DNA of 64,000 bases from Elusimicrobiota bacterium. GTDB lineage: Bacteria; Elusimicrobiota; Elusimicrobia; UBA1565; UBA9628. The stretch covers positions 114,716 to 178,715 of the forward strand of contig DAHVNA010000001.1 in the NCBI GenBank assembly GCA_027319565.1, read 5' to 3'. Within the stretch, counting starts at the first letter, position 1, and each line of letters starts with the position of its first letter. Below the pieces are notes generated by a model. That model was not told the DNA's origin and made no database searches. It was given only the letters and a program-made list of their open reading frames with translations. Shown piece after piece: positions 17,234 through 25,984 of this stretch. The position numbers were made by a program, and so were the translations under genes.

Positions 17234-18201
17234 AACGCCTAATTGTTACCGCCGACGATTTTGGGGCGAGTTCTTTTGTCAACGAGGCGGTCATCCGCGC
17301 TTTTAAAGAAGGCATTTTGCGCTTTGCAAGCTTGATTGTTGACGCGCCCGCGGCCGAAGAAGCGGCGAAATTGGCTAAAGAAAACCCTGGCCTTGGCGTC
17401 GGGCTTCATTTGGACTTGTGCCATGAATTTGGAAGCGATTCTTGCTTTCCTCGTCATTCCGGCGAAAGCCGGAATCCAGACTTTCGCGCGGAGCTAGACT
17501 CCGGCTTACAAATTGCCGGAGTGACGAATCGAGCGGTTTGGGCCAATTCTCCAGCTCTTTGGGGCTTACGGTATTTTTTTTCTCCATATTGGAGAAAACG
17601 GATCGCTTCAGAAATTTCCCGGCAACTAGAGAAGTTTCTCTCGCTTGGAATTAATCCTACGCATGCGGACGGGCACACTAATATCCATATCCACCCCGTT
17701 ATTTTCCCCGCCCTTTTGCGGGCCTGCCAAAAATACGGAATTTCCAGGATCAGGGTTCCCGCCGGAGAGTACGATTTGGGCCGGCGCTATTTAAAGAAAA
17801 TTCCGTTTCTAAACAAGGTAGAATACGCGGCGTTTGGAGCGCTTGGCCCCTATCTCAAAAAACAAGCCAAGAAAATCGCGCCTCAAATCGAGATACTTCC
17901 CCGCTGTTTTGGACTTTTGCGCTCAGGGCGCATGAGGGAAGACTATGTTCTAAGGCTTTTAGAAAATCTGCCCGAGGGAGACAGCGAAATTTATTTTCAT
18001 CCCTCGCTGGATCCAAAAAGCCGAGTGTTCGGAGATTCTCCGACAAAGACCCATCAGACCATAACGGAATTTGAAACCTTGACTAGTCCGCGGATTTTAG
18101 AAGCTCTGGGGCGTTTGGATATCGCGTTGTTTTCGCCCGGTGGCTTAGATAAATCAAAAAGCCAAACGAAGACCACAAAATCTCCCGAATATGGCGGATA
18201 A
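17224..18201 (+). CDS. hpnK: ChbG/YdjC-family carbohydrate deacetylase, HpnK-like. It carries an in-frame REP-like insertion of about 25 aa.
   Basis: YdjC signature RLIVTADDFGASSFVNEAVIRAFKEGILRFASLIVDAP...GVGLHLDL. It sits next to hpnL, hpnI and hpnJ-like genes. The segment CFPRHSGESRNPDFRAELDSGLQIAGVT is encoded by the palindromic element at 17452-17526. Confidence 0.6.
   Translation: MPVKRLIVTADDFGASSFVNEAVIRAFKEGILRFASLIVDAPAAEEAAKLAKENPGLGVGLHLDLCHEFGSDSCFPRHSGESRNPDFRAELDSGLQIAGVTNRAVWANSPALWGLRYFFSPYWRKRIASEISRQLEKFLSLGINPTHADGHTNIHIHPVIFPALLRACQKYGISRIRVPAGEYDLGRRYLKKIPFLNKVEYAAFGALGPYLKKQAKKIAPQIEILPRCFGLLRSGRMREDYVLRLLENLPEGDSEIYFHPSLDPKSRVFGDSPTKTHQTITEFETLTSPRILEALGRLDIALFSPGGLDKSKSQTKTTKSPEYGG
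17452..17526 (+). repeat. REP/MITE-like double-hairpin palindromic element, copy 1, in frame inside the hpnK CDS.
   Basis: CGTCATTCCGGC-GAAA-GCCGGAATCCAG ...21 nt... ACTCCGGC-TTACAAATT-GCCGGAGTGACG. These are two perfect 8-bp stems, and the element ends are themselves inverted (CGTCA...TGACG). Confidence 0.7.
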
Positions 18202-19087
18202 TGGCAAAACTAAGTCCCTGACCTGCGGTATATCCAAAGGCCTTAAAGATCAAAACCTTTCCGGCTTCTTGAGTTCCGAGCTTGGCCGGCACCATAAAAA
18301 ACACCGCCTCAAAGGCGTTTGAGAGAGCTTCGATGACCAAGGCCGTAAAGGCGTCAATGGGCAGATTCATAAATGAGCAGATGACTGCCACTTCAATCAT
18401 CATTGAGGCGTATCCAACGGTAAAAAACAAGACGGAAAAGCCCATCCGAATGGGATGCGCCGTTAAATAGCGTCTCATGTTCTCCCGAATGGCCGAAATT
18501 CCGGGCCCGCCGATATCGCAAAAAAATTTTCCTTGTTTGTTTTTATAGGCGAGAATAAAGAGAGAAAAGGCGATTAGCCCGGCGACAAACAGGGCTCCTA
18601 AAACGATCCAAAGAATTTCTCCGCCGTCTAAGGCGTTCATTTTTCCTAATATTAAAAATAAAATTCCGACTAAAATAAAGGCCATTTGCCCGAGGCTTTG
18701 AGAGAGTTTGCCGATAAAGACGCTGGTGTTTTTTATTTCGGAAGAAAGTTCGCTTCCCAAAAAAGGCGGGCGGACAAATTCTCCGGCGACGGTAGCCGAT
18801 GGAGTGAGATAATTGACCCCGTCGCCCGCGAGTCTGCCTTGAGCCAAGGACAGAAAGCGAACTTTATTCCCGTCTTGGGGCGCCAAGGTAAAACGCCAGG
18901 CCCAGGCATTGAGGCTTTGTTCAAGAATCGGAATGGGGAGAATGGCGAGAAAACCCCAAAGACCGAACTCGCGGATATGCGCGAGTATTCTAGCGGGGCC
19001 GAGATGATGGATGAGGAAAAAAAGCGTAATCAGCCCGATGATGATGACAAGCCGGTGAAACCAAAGAAGAGCTTTTTTAGAGCTCAT
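18083..19087 (-). CDS. hpnL: Flippase-like / lysylphosphatidylglycerol-synthase-TM-domain membrane protein (HpnL-like).
   Basis: Eight predicted TM helices. It belongs to the UPF0104/LPG_synthase_TM-type family. Genomic context is with hpnI, hpnJ and hpnK. It overlaps the hpnK 3' end convergently by about 118 nt. Confidence 0.5.
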   Translation of the reverse strand: MSSKKALLWFHRLVIIIGLITLFFLIHHLGPARILAHIREFGLWGFLAILPIPILEQSLNAWAWRFTLAPQDGNKVRFLSLAQGRLAGDGVNYLTPSATVAGEFVRPPFLGSELSSEIKNTSVFIGKLSQSLGQMAFILVGILFLILGKMNALDGGEILWIVLGALFVAGLIAFSLFILAYKNKQGKFFCDIGGPGISAIRENMRRYLTAHPIRMGFSVLFFTVGYASMMIEVAVICSFMNLPIDAFTALVIEALSNAFEAVFFMVPAKLGTQEAGKVLIFKAFGYTAGQGLSFAIIRHIREILWSSFGFLIYLSHRAKTTRYPNAPELLKSAD

Positions 19088-20256
19088 CTTTCTGCGGCAA
19101 CTAAAGCGGGCTCGTCAATAGTTTCGGGGAAGGAATAGGCTTCTCCTCTCCAGGAGACGGATTGGTTTTTCCAGCCATATCCCCAGGCGAAAAAAATGAT
19201 GATTTCGTTTAAGGGCAACAGGAAAAAAGAGCGCCAGTTTGACTTCACGCCGGAGGCGTCTAAAATCCGCTGCTGCGCCAAAAATTTGGATAAAACGACG
19301 GCGGCCATCAACATGAGAGCGTTTGAACTAGGGCCAAAGAGAAATAAAGAGAGAATGAGCAGAGAAAACCCATGGAGAAACAAAAGCCCTAGGTATCCAG
19401 AAGCGCGGCAGGTCCGAATCGTGTGGGCCCAGCGAATCTGGTGCTTAAGGTATTTGAGAAACCCTGAATCTTCTGTCACGCATTCGACTAAACAAGAGGC
19501 GGCAGCGATTTGAAGCCCAAGGGCTTTGACCGCTTCGCCTAAAACAAAATCATCGGCTAGGTGGCGGGAGAGATACTCAAATCCGCCGATTTTTTCAAAA
19601 ACCTCTTTGCGAATCAGCATCGCCGCTCCCATCGCAAAACGCATCCCAAAAGAATAAGCCGCCATGGCTTGGGGGAGAAAATAGGCGTTGATGGATAATG
19701 CTTCCATCGAGGGCCAGAACTTGCGGCTTTGAGCCCCCTGGTAAAAGGAGGTGACCAGCCCAATTTGGGGGTTTGAAAGGGGTTCGGTCATGCGCTTTAG
19801 GAAATCTTTTTGGACTCGGACATCGGAGTCGGCCATCATTAAGAGGGGATATTTAATGAAAGCTTGAGCGGAAGAGACGTTATTGATTTTAGGGTTAAGC
19901 CCCTTAAGGGAATTGCCTTGAGAGAAAACAATTTCAATATCTTGTTCCGGAAATTTTTCCTTTATTTTTTGCGCGATCGAAGTGGCGGGGTCATCGGGGT
20001 TTGTAATGGTGAGGATGATTTGAAACAGTGGGTAATCAAGAGAACAAAAGCTTTCTAAATTTTCGGCTAGCCCCGGTTCGTTGCCCTTGAGCGGTTTAAG
20101 AATGGTAACCGGAGGACAAAAATCAGACTGGGATTTCCTTTTTTTTAGAATGGAAGGGGCAAGAAGAGCCGTTAAAAGAGAAAAGGCGATTGAAAAAACG
20201 GCGATTCCGTAGAGAAAGAAGAAAACCACATCAACGGCTGCCGGTTGAGAAATCAT
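19084..20256 (-). CDS. hpnI: Family 2/21 glycosyltransferase (ceramide-glucosyltransferase-like), HpnI-like.
   Basis: N-terminal TM, then VTILKPLKGNEPGLAENLESFCSLDYP. A DxD region (MMADSDVRV) and a C-terminal TM. The family assignment to HpnI rests on recalled motifs. Confidence 0.6.
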   Translation of the reverse strand: MISQPAAVDVVFFFLYGIAVFSIAFSLLTALLAPSILKKRKSQSDFCPPVTILKPLKGNEPGLAENLESFCSLDYPLFQIILTITNPDDPATSIAQKIKEKFPEQDIEIVFSQGNSLKGLNPKINNVSSAQAFIKYPLLMMADSDVRVQKDFLKRMTEPLSNPQIGLVTSFYQGAQSRKFWPSMEALSINAYFLPQAMAAYSFGMRFAMGAAMLIRKEVFEKIGGFEYLSRHLADDFVLGEAVKALGLQIAAASCLVECVTEDSGFLKYLKHQIRWAHTIRTCRASGYLGLLFLHGFSLLILSLFLFGPSSNALMLMAAVVLSKFLAQQRILDASGVKSNWRSFFLLPLNEIIIFFAWGYGWKNQSVSWRGEAYSFPETIDEPALVAAER

Positions 20257-20262
20257 TCCAGA

Positions 20263-21720
20263 CTAGACAGCCGCCATGTCTTTTTTTGGGGCTTCGGCTT
20301 TGGCGGTTTTTCGATTTCGCAGATACTGGAAAAACTCTTTTCCTTCCCGCAGACGGCGTCTGCGCTCGTTGGGATCTTTGAGCATTCCGGCCAGTATTCT
20401 CAAAATGGGTTTCGGGCGGGCATAGAACCGTGAATAAAAGCGCAAGACCGCCTGTTCAATCTCAGAGCTTGAAAGATGCGGATAGTGAAGCGTGCAGGCC
20501 TGGGTGCCGTCCGAGCGGGACAAAGCGCTTTCGTCATACCATTTGTTGGCCATCGCTTGGCGATAAAGTTCGGTGCCGGGATAGGGTGCCGACAAGGAGA
20601 CCTGGATCGTCTTAACGTCGAGTTCGCAGGCGTATTTCATCGTTTCTTCGATAGTGTCCTTGGTCTCGCCGGGAAGGCCCAGAATAAAACAGCCGTGAAT
20701 ATCAATTCCAAGTTTTCGGCAGTTTTTCGTAAATTCCTTGGCGATATCGGTGCGGACGCCTTTTTTGATGTTGTTGAGAATTTGCTGATTGCCGGATTCA
20801 TATCCGACGAGCAAGAGGCGAAGCCCATTTTCCCTGAATATTTTTAAATATTCATAAGGGATGTTCGCGCGTGAATTGCAAGCCCAGGTAATTCCCAGTT
20901 TTTTAAGCCCTTTGGCGATTTCAACGGCGCGAGAGAGATTAGCCGTGAAGGTATCGTCATCAAAGAAAAAATCCTTGACTTGAGGAAACATTTCTTTGGC
21001 CCGGGCCATTTCAGCGATAACGCTTTGAGCGGAACGGACGCGATAAAGATGTCCGCTGACGGTTTGGGGCCACAGGCAAAAGCTGCAACGGGCCGGGCAG
21101 CCGCGGCCGGTGTAGAGAGAAAGATAGGGGTGTCGCAGATAGCCGTTAAAATAGTTTTCGATGGTTAAATCTCTTTTGTAAACATCGATGACGGAGGGAA
21201 GTTCATCCATGTTTTCAATCAGCGGGCGATCGTTGTTGTGAAAGATCGCTCCATTTTTTCGATAACTCATCCCTAAAATATCTTCCCAAGGTTTTCCTTG
21301 TGCGATTTCAAGAATGGTATAGTCAAATTCTTCGCGGGCGACAAAGTCGAGATGCGGAGCGGCTTCCAATGACTCTTGGGGCAAAACCGCGACATGGGCG
21401 CCGACAAATCCCATGAGCATCTGAGGATAAGTGTCTTTGAGGGCTTTGGCCACTTTAATGTCGCTGTCGAAAGAGGGAGTGGAGGTATGAATGACGCAGA
21501 GTTCAAAGCCCTTGGCCCTTTGGATGACTTCGGCTAAACTCAAATCATCGGCGGGAGCGTCGATCAGTTTTGAACTTGGAATCATCGCCGCCGGCTGGGC
21601 CAACCAGGTTGGATACCAAAACGAGCGCACCTCCCGAGTGGTTTGATAGCGGGATCCGGCTCCGCCGTCGAATCCTTCAAAAGAAGGTGGATTTAGAAAA
21701 AGGGTTCTCATTGTATTCAT
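20263..21720 (-). CDS. hpnJ: B12-binding radical SAM protein, HpnJ-like.
   Basis: N-terminal LFLNPPSFEGFDGGAGSRYQTTREVRSFWYPTWLAQPAA (B12-binding-like). Radical SAM cluster motif GCPARCSFC (CX3CX2C). Confidence 0.65.
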   Translation of the reverse strand: MNTMRTLFLNPPSFEGFDGGAGSRYQTTREVRSFWYPTWLAQPAAMIPSSKLIDAPADDLSLAEVIQRAKGFELCVIHTSTPSFDSDIKVAKALKDTYPQMLMGFVGAHVAVLPQESLEAAPHLDFVAREEFDYTILEIAQGKPWEDILGMSYRKNGAIFHNNDRPLIENMDELPSVIDVYKRDLTIENYFNGYLRHPYLSLYTGRGCPARCSFCLWPQTVSGHLYRVRSAQSVIAEMARAKEMFPQVKDFFFDDDTFTANLSRAVEIAKGLKKLGITWACNSRANIPYEYLKIFRENGLRLLLVGYESGNQQILNNIKKGVRTDIAKEFTKNCRKLGIDIHGCFILGLPGETKDTIEETMKYACELDVKTIQVSLSAPYPGTELYRQAMANKWYDESALSRSDGTQACTLHYPHLSSSEIEQAVLRFYSRFYARPKPILRILAGMLKDPNERRRRLREGKEFFQYLRNRKTAKAEAPKKDMAAV

Positions 21721-21738
21721 CGGGATATACCTCTTTAT

Positions 21739-22245
21739 TTAGGCGGCAGACGGAATCAACTTCAGAGCGGCTGTTTCAAGCGAGAAAAGCGTGGCGGTAA
21801 AAAATAGGTCGCCTAGGGCCGAGTTTCTTAAAAAGGGAAGGGCGGCGGTATAGCAAGCCAGAAGCCCTGAACTGTTGTGGGGGTAGAGACTTGAAGTCGC
21901 CCAAACCCCAAAATTAGTCACGACAAAAAATAGAAGAGAGCTCGTTACGCAGGCTAGGGCGATGGTTTGGGCGTTTCGGCGGCTTTTGAGGAAAAGCCCC
22001 AGAGCCGAGACTAAAATGAAGGAAGCGTAGACAAACGGCATGGTTCCGTGAAAGCCCAGAAATAAATCGCTGACAAAAAGCGCCGCCAGGGGGACGGTCA
22101 AAGCCAAGGCGGGGGATAAATAAGCTCCGCCCAGAAGCGCGATGGCGGTTAAAGGGGTGACATTGGCCGGATGGGGCAAAAGCCGTGCCACGGCCCCCAT
22201 TAAAATGATGCTGGCCGTAACTGTGATTGTTTTCTTGTTATTCAT
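21739..22245 (-). CDS. Small polytopic membrane protein, function unknown.
   Basis: About 5 TM helices and no recognisable motif. Co-directional with and directly downstream of the hpnJ-like gene. Confidence 0.35.
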   Translation of the reverse strand: MNNKKTITVTASIILMGAVARLLPHPANVTPLTAIALLGGAYLSPALALTVPLAALFVSDLFLGFHGTMPFVYASFILVSALGLFLKSRRNAQTIALACVTSSLLFFVVTNFGVWATSSLYPHNSSGLLACYTAALPFLRNSALGDLFFTATLFSLETAALKLIPSAA

Positions 22246-22269
22246 ATCTTTTCTATTATACCAAATTAA

Positions 22270-22980
22270 TTAACTCCGCATTAAAAGAAGGCTGCCCTCA
22301 AAAAGAAGTATTGAAAACGCGGCGAGCGCGATTTGTGAAACCGGATCGGGGGTGACGAGAACGGGCGCGATAAAGCAAAGGAGATAAATCTGCCGCCAAT
22401 ATCCCCGCAAAACCGATTTTTTAAGAAGCCCCGCCCGGTTGAGCCCGTAGAGAATCAAGGGAAATTGAAAAAGAAGTCCGCAGCCGAGCATGAGATGAAC
22501 GACAAAGCGCAGGTAATGCTCGAGCCCGATCAAGGGTTTAATTTGAGGCGTTCGATAGGATAAAAGAAATTTGAGCGCGGCGGGAACGGCGATGAAAAAA
22601 GCGAGACAAGCTCCGACTAAAAAAAGAAGATAAGAGATGGGAATCATCGTCAGAATTCTTTTTTTCCAAGACTCCGAGAGGGCCGGAGCCGCGAAAAGAT
22701 AGGCTTGGCCTAAAATAAAAGGCAAGGTCAGTATTAGCCCGGCAAAAGCGGAGACCTCAAGCCGGGTGAAGAAGGCTTCGGTCGGGTTCATAAAGACAAG
22801 ATATCCGACCGGCCTTGCCAAAAATGAGAGAAGGGGGCCTGAAAAATAAAATCCGATGGCGACCCCAACGGAAAGAATGGCGACTGAAATAGTGACTCTT
22901 TTTCTCAGTTCATCAAGATGCGACAAAAAAGGCATTGTCGCCTCTGTTTTGACGGGAGCTTCAAGAACCTCTGCGCTCAT
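22270..22980 (-). CDS. tatC: Twin-arginine translocase subunit TatC.
   Basis: FLSHLDELRKRVTISVAILSVGVAIGF..NPTEAFFTRLEVSAFAGLILTLPFILGQAYLF. Six TM helices. Confidence 0.85.
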   Translation of the reverse strand: MSAEVLEAPVKTEATMPFLSHLDELRKRVTISVAILSVGVAIGFYFSGPLLSFLARPVGYLVFMNPTEAFFTRLEVSAFAGLILTLPFILGQAYLFAAPALSESWKKRILTMIPISYLLFLVGACLAFFIAVPAALKFLLSYRTPQIKPLIGLEHYLRFVVHLMLGCGLLFQFPLILYGLNRAGLLKKSVLRGYWRQIYLLCFIAPVLVTPDPVSQIALAAFSILLFEGSLLLMRS

Positions 22981-23366
22981 GGGGCCGGGAATAGGGTCTC
23001 TTCTTTTCCTTCAAACCAAGGCAATCGAATGACCTTGATTCCGAGATTTTTAATGAGGGCTTCGGTCTCCTCGTCTGGAATTTTCTGATCATAACCCAAG
23101 GCTAGAATGTCCGGCTTTTCCTTTAAAAGCGATTGGGAAAAGCTGTTTTCTTCTCCGACTCGGGCCGAATCGGCGATTTTAAGATCTTTGATCCATTGAA
23201 GGCGAATGGCGGACGGGACGGCATTCGCCTTTTTGTTGTGGGTGTCGCTGGACAAAATAACAATCAACTCATCTCCAAGATTTCGCGCTTCCTTAAGCAT
23301 CTTAAGATGAGCTTTGTGGACGCGGTTAAAGCATCCAGCGGTGAATACTTTGCGCTTGGAGCTCAA
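22977..23366 (-). CDS. Small cytidylyltransferase-like nucleotidyltransferase (TagD/RibL-like, about 129 aa).
   Basis: HxxH-type motif FTAGCFNRVHKAHLKML. Size and secondary pattern resemble glycerol-3-phosphate cytidylyltransferase or FMN adenylyltransferase. The gene sits between tatA and tatC. Confidence 0.5.
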   Translation of the reverse strand: MSSKRKVFTAGCFNRVHKAHLKMLKEARNLGDELIVILSSDTHNKKANAVPSAIRLQWIKDLKIADSARVGEENSFSQSLLKEKPDILALGYDQKIPDEETEALIKNLGIKVIRLPWFEGKEETLFPAP

Positions 23367-23369
23367 TGT

Positions 23370-23564
23370 CTAAGGTTTTGGGAGAGCGTCCTGGGTTTTG
23401 GCCGCTTCGATTTTTTTGTCTTCTTCCAGGCCTTCCTTGAGGCCTTGCTTGAACATGTTGACCGCGCGTCCGCATTGCTTGGCGAATTCCGGTATTTTAT
23501 TGGGGCCAAACAAAATGAGCCCGACAATTAGAATAACTAGAATTTCTCCGAAAGAAAGATCCAT
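23370..23564 (-). CDS. tatA: Twin-arginine translocase subunit TatA/E.
   Basis: MDLSFGEILVILIVGLILFGPNKIPEFAKQCGRAVNMFKQGLKE. The ORF-track start 16 codons upstream was rejected as an extension. Confidence 0.8.
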   Translation of the reverse strand: MDLSFGEILVILIVGLILFGPNKIPEFAKQCGRAVNMFKQGLKEGLEEDKKIEAAKTQDALPKP

Positions 23565-23620
23565 AATTCCTCCATCAAGAAGGGGACATCTCCCACTTCT
23601 TTTATATATCATATCACGAA

Positions 23621-24316
23621 ATGAAGCGGGCGAACCGTTATTGGGGTGTCGGGGTGGCGGTTTTTTTTCTTTCTGCCTGTTCCAACAAGAAAATGGCGGG
23701 CGGAAATGGGCGCGCTTATTATCAGGCTTTGAATTGCCAGGTCTGTCACCGCATTGGAAATGAAGGGGGAGCTCAAAAAGGGCCGGATCTCTCTTTTGTC
23801 GGGTTTCGGAAAAGCGCCGACTGGCTTAATCTCTGGCTTAAAAATCCCCAGGCTTGGAAACCGCAAACCCCCATGCCGAATTTCCATCTATCCTCTTCGG
23901 CGCGCAAGGCCCTGGTGGAATATTTGTCAAGCCTTAAAGGCCAGGTTTTTGATGGACATCGGCCATGGAATACTCCGGAGATTCGCCGCGATCCTATTTT
24001 GCGCGGGCATATAATTTATATTCGGGTTGGTTGCGTAACCTGTCATGGAATTGGCGGCGTTGGCGGTTATCCCGACAACAATGTCGTGGGGGGGCTGATT
24101 CCACCGCTCAATTCCGTTTCGCAGTCGTTTACCAAAGAGGAATTGATTCGGAAAATAAAATTGGGCGCGACGCCCCAGAAAGCCAACCCCGAAGGTCCTA
24201 CGCCGCTTCTTCAGATGCCAGCTTGGGGGCAGGTTTTAAGCGATGGGGAAATTTCCGCGGTCGCCGATTATCTTCTTTCGCTTAAATCCAAACAATCGGC
24301 GGCGGGAAATTGGTAG
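23621..24316 (+). CDS. Diheme c-type cytochrome, probable lipoprotein.
   Basis: Lipobox-like FFLSAC. Two CxxCH haem-binding motifs (CQVCH, CVTCH). The tail NPEGPTPLLQMPAWGQVLSDGEISAVADYL resembles cbb3 subunit-III / cytochrome c. Confidence 0.75.
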   Translation: MKRANRYWGVGVAVFFLSACSNKKMAGGNGRAYYQALNCQVCHRIGNEGGAQKGPDLSFVGFRKSADWLNLWLKNPQAWKPQTPMPNFHLSSSARKALVEYLSSLKGQVFDGHRPWNTPEIRRDPILRGHIIYIRVGCVTCHGIGGVGGYPDNNVVGGLIPPLNSVSQSFTKEELIRKIKLGATPQKANPEGPTPLLQMPAWGQVLSDGEISAVADYLLSLKSKQSAAGNW

Positions 24317-24329
24317 GATGAAAAGATAG

Positions 24330-24953
24330 ATGGCAATTTCAAGCTTGCGCGGGCGCGTGATTGATTCCAGAAACGATCGGGTGGTGTTTGAGGTTTCCGG
24401 CGTGGGCTATGAGGTTTTTGTTTCCCGCGGGGCTATCGAAAGAATGATTCAAGAAGGCAATGGCGAGATTTTGATTCAAATCGTGTCTGTATCCGCAATG
24501 TATGGAGGCGGAGAAACCTTCTACGGCTTTTTGACGGCGGAAGAAAAAGAGGTGTTTTTGCTTTTTAAAGACAATATCCCCGGAACCGGGGCGAAAAAAG
24601 CCATGGAGTATGTGGAAAAAGCCGCGAAGTCTTTTCCTGATTTTCGGCGCGCCGTCCTCGAGAAAGACTCAAAAGTCTTGGGAGCGATTTTCGGCTTTAC
24701 CTCTAAAACCGCGGACAAATTAATCGCCGGGCTTAAAGACAAGATCGGGGATATATCGCTAGGCGGAGTCGAAAAAATACGGCGCGCGCCCTTGGCGGCG
24801 GATACTTCTCTGTCTCAGGTTTTGAACGCTTTGTCGAGCTTGGGATATAAAAATTCGGAAGCGCGAGCGGCTTTAGAGGCCGTCATTGGCGAAAACGGAG
24901 AGGCGAATTTGAGCGCGGAGGAAATCGTGCGCCGAGCGCTTAAGAAACTCTAA
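24330..24953 (+). CDS. ruvA: Holliday junction branch-migration complex subunit RuvA.
   Basis: [32 protein letters not shown]-fold start. HhH region. C-terminal domain III. Immediately followed by ruvB. Confidence 0.85.
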   Translation: MAISSLRGRVIDSRNDRVVFEVSGVGYEVFVSRGAIERMIQEGNGEILIQIVSVSAMYGGGETFYGFLTAEEKEVFLLFKDNIPGTGAKKAMEYVEKAAKSFPDFRRAVLEKDSKVLGAIFGFTSKTADKLIAGLKDKIGDISLGGVEKIRRAPLAADTSLSQVLNALSSLGYKNSEARAALEAVIGENGEANLSAEEIVRRALKKL

Positions 24954-25984
24954 TGGGCGAGATTTCAGAGTCGGTTCTAATGCCGGATCCTGCGGCGGGA
25001 GAAGAGATTTTTGACCGAGCCCTTCGCCCCAAGACTCTAGATGAATTTATCGGCCAAGAAAAACTCAAGGCCAACTTAAGGGTCTTTATCGAGGCCGCGC
25101 GCAAACGCAAGGAGCCCTTGGACCATTGCCTCTTTTATTCTCCTCCGGGGCTCGGGAAAACGACCTTGTCCTATATCCTGGCGCGGGAAATGGGCGTTAA
25201 TTTGAGAACTTCCTCGGGGCCTATTTTAGAGCGCGCCGGAGATTTGGCCGCTCTTTTGACTGATTTAAGCGAGGGCGATATTTTCTTCATCGATGAAATT
25301 CACCGTTTAAACGCGGTGGTTGAAGAAGCTCTTTATCCAGTGATGGAAGATTTCACTTTTTTTGTTTCGACAGGTAAGGGCCCTTCCGCTTCAGTTTTAA
25401 AATTAGCGGTTCCGCGCTTTACCTTGGTGGGGGCGACGACCCGGGCCGGGCTTTTAACCGGGCCGCTGAGAGACCGCTTTGGCATCGTCGGCAATCTCGG
25501 CTTTTATGACAATGCGGAGCTTGAAAAAATCGTTCTTCGTAGCGCCGGAATTTTAAAAATTCGCATATCCAATGACGGAGCTTCGGAGATTGCTCGCCGC
25601 TGCCGCCAAACCCCCAGAATCGCCAACCGCCTTTTGCGTCGCGTGCGCGATTTCGCGGATGTCAAAGGCCAAGGCCTTATTGATGGCCCCATCGCTCGTT
25701 ATGGCTTGGATGCTCTTGAAGTTGATGCGGAGGGCTTGGACGCCGGCGACCGCCGGCTTTTGTCCGCGTTGATCGAGAAATTTTCCGGCGGACCCGTCGG
25801 CCTTGAAAATCTGGCGATCGCGGTGGGAGAAGAGTTGGACACCTTGACCGATGTCATCGAGCCTTTCTTGATTCAGTCCGGATTTATGTCCCGCACCCCG
25901 CGGGGAAGAGTCGCTTCCCAAAAAGCGTATCGGCATTTAAATTTTCCCGTTCCTCCCGTGCAACAAGATGCCGGGCTCTTCTAG
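24953..25984 (+). CDS. ruvB: Holliday junction branch-migration ATPase RuvB.
   Basis: Walker [11 protein letters not shown]. Walker [10 protein letters not shown]-terminal RuvB winged helix. Confidence 0.9.
   Translation: MGEISESVLMPDPAAGEEIFDRALRPKTLDEFIGQEKLKANLRVFIEAARKRKEPLDHCLFYSPPGLGKTTLSYILAREMGVNLRTSSGPILERAGDLAALLTDLSEGDIFFIDEIHRLNAVVEEALYPVMEDFTFFVSTGKGPSASVLKLAVPRFTLVGATTRAGLLTGPLRDRFGIVGNLGFYDNAELEKIVLRSAGILKIRISNDGASEIARRCRQTPRIANRLLRRVRDFADVKGQGLIDGPIARYGLDALEVDAEGLDAGDRRLLSALIEKFSGGPVGLENLAIAVGEELDTLTDVIEPFLIQSGFMSRTPRGRVASQKAYRHLNFPVPPVQQDAGLF

Noticed and set aside
17375-17678. Mutually overlapping short ORFs (17375..17587-, 17442..17654+, 17454..17678-) around the REP-like element
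   Set aside because: They arise from the palindromic nature of the element, which keeps frames open on both strands. The hpnK frame carries the conserved YdjC-family motifs on both sides.
23565-23612. 16-codon N-terminal extension of TatA (MIYKRSGRCPLLDGGI)
   Set aside because: TatA proteins begin directly with the short hydrophobic helix. The internal Met start (MDLSFGEILVILIV...) matches the family.
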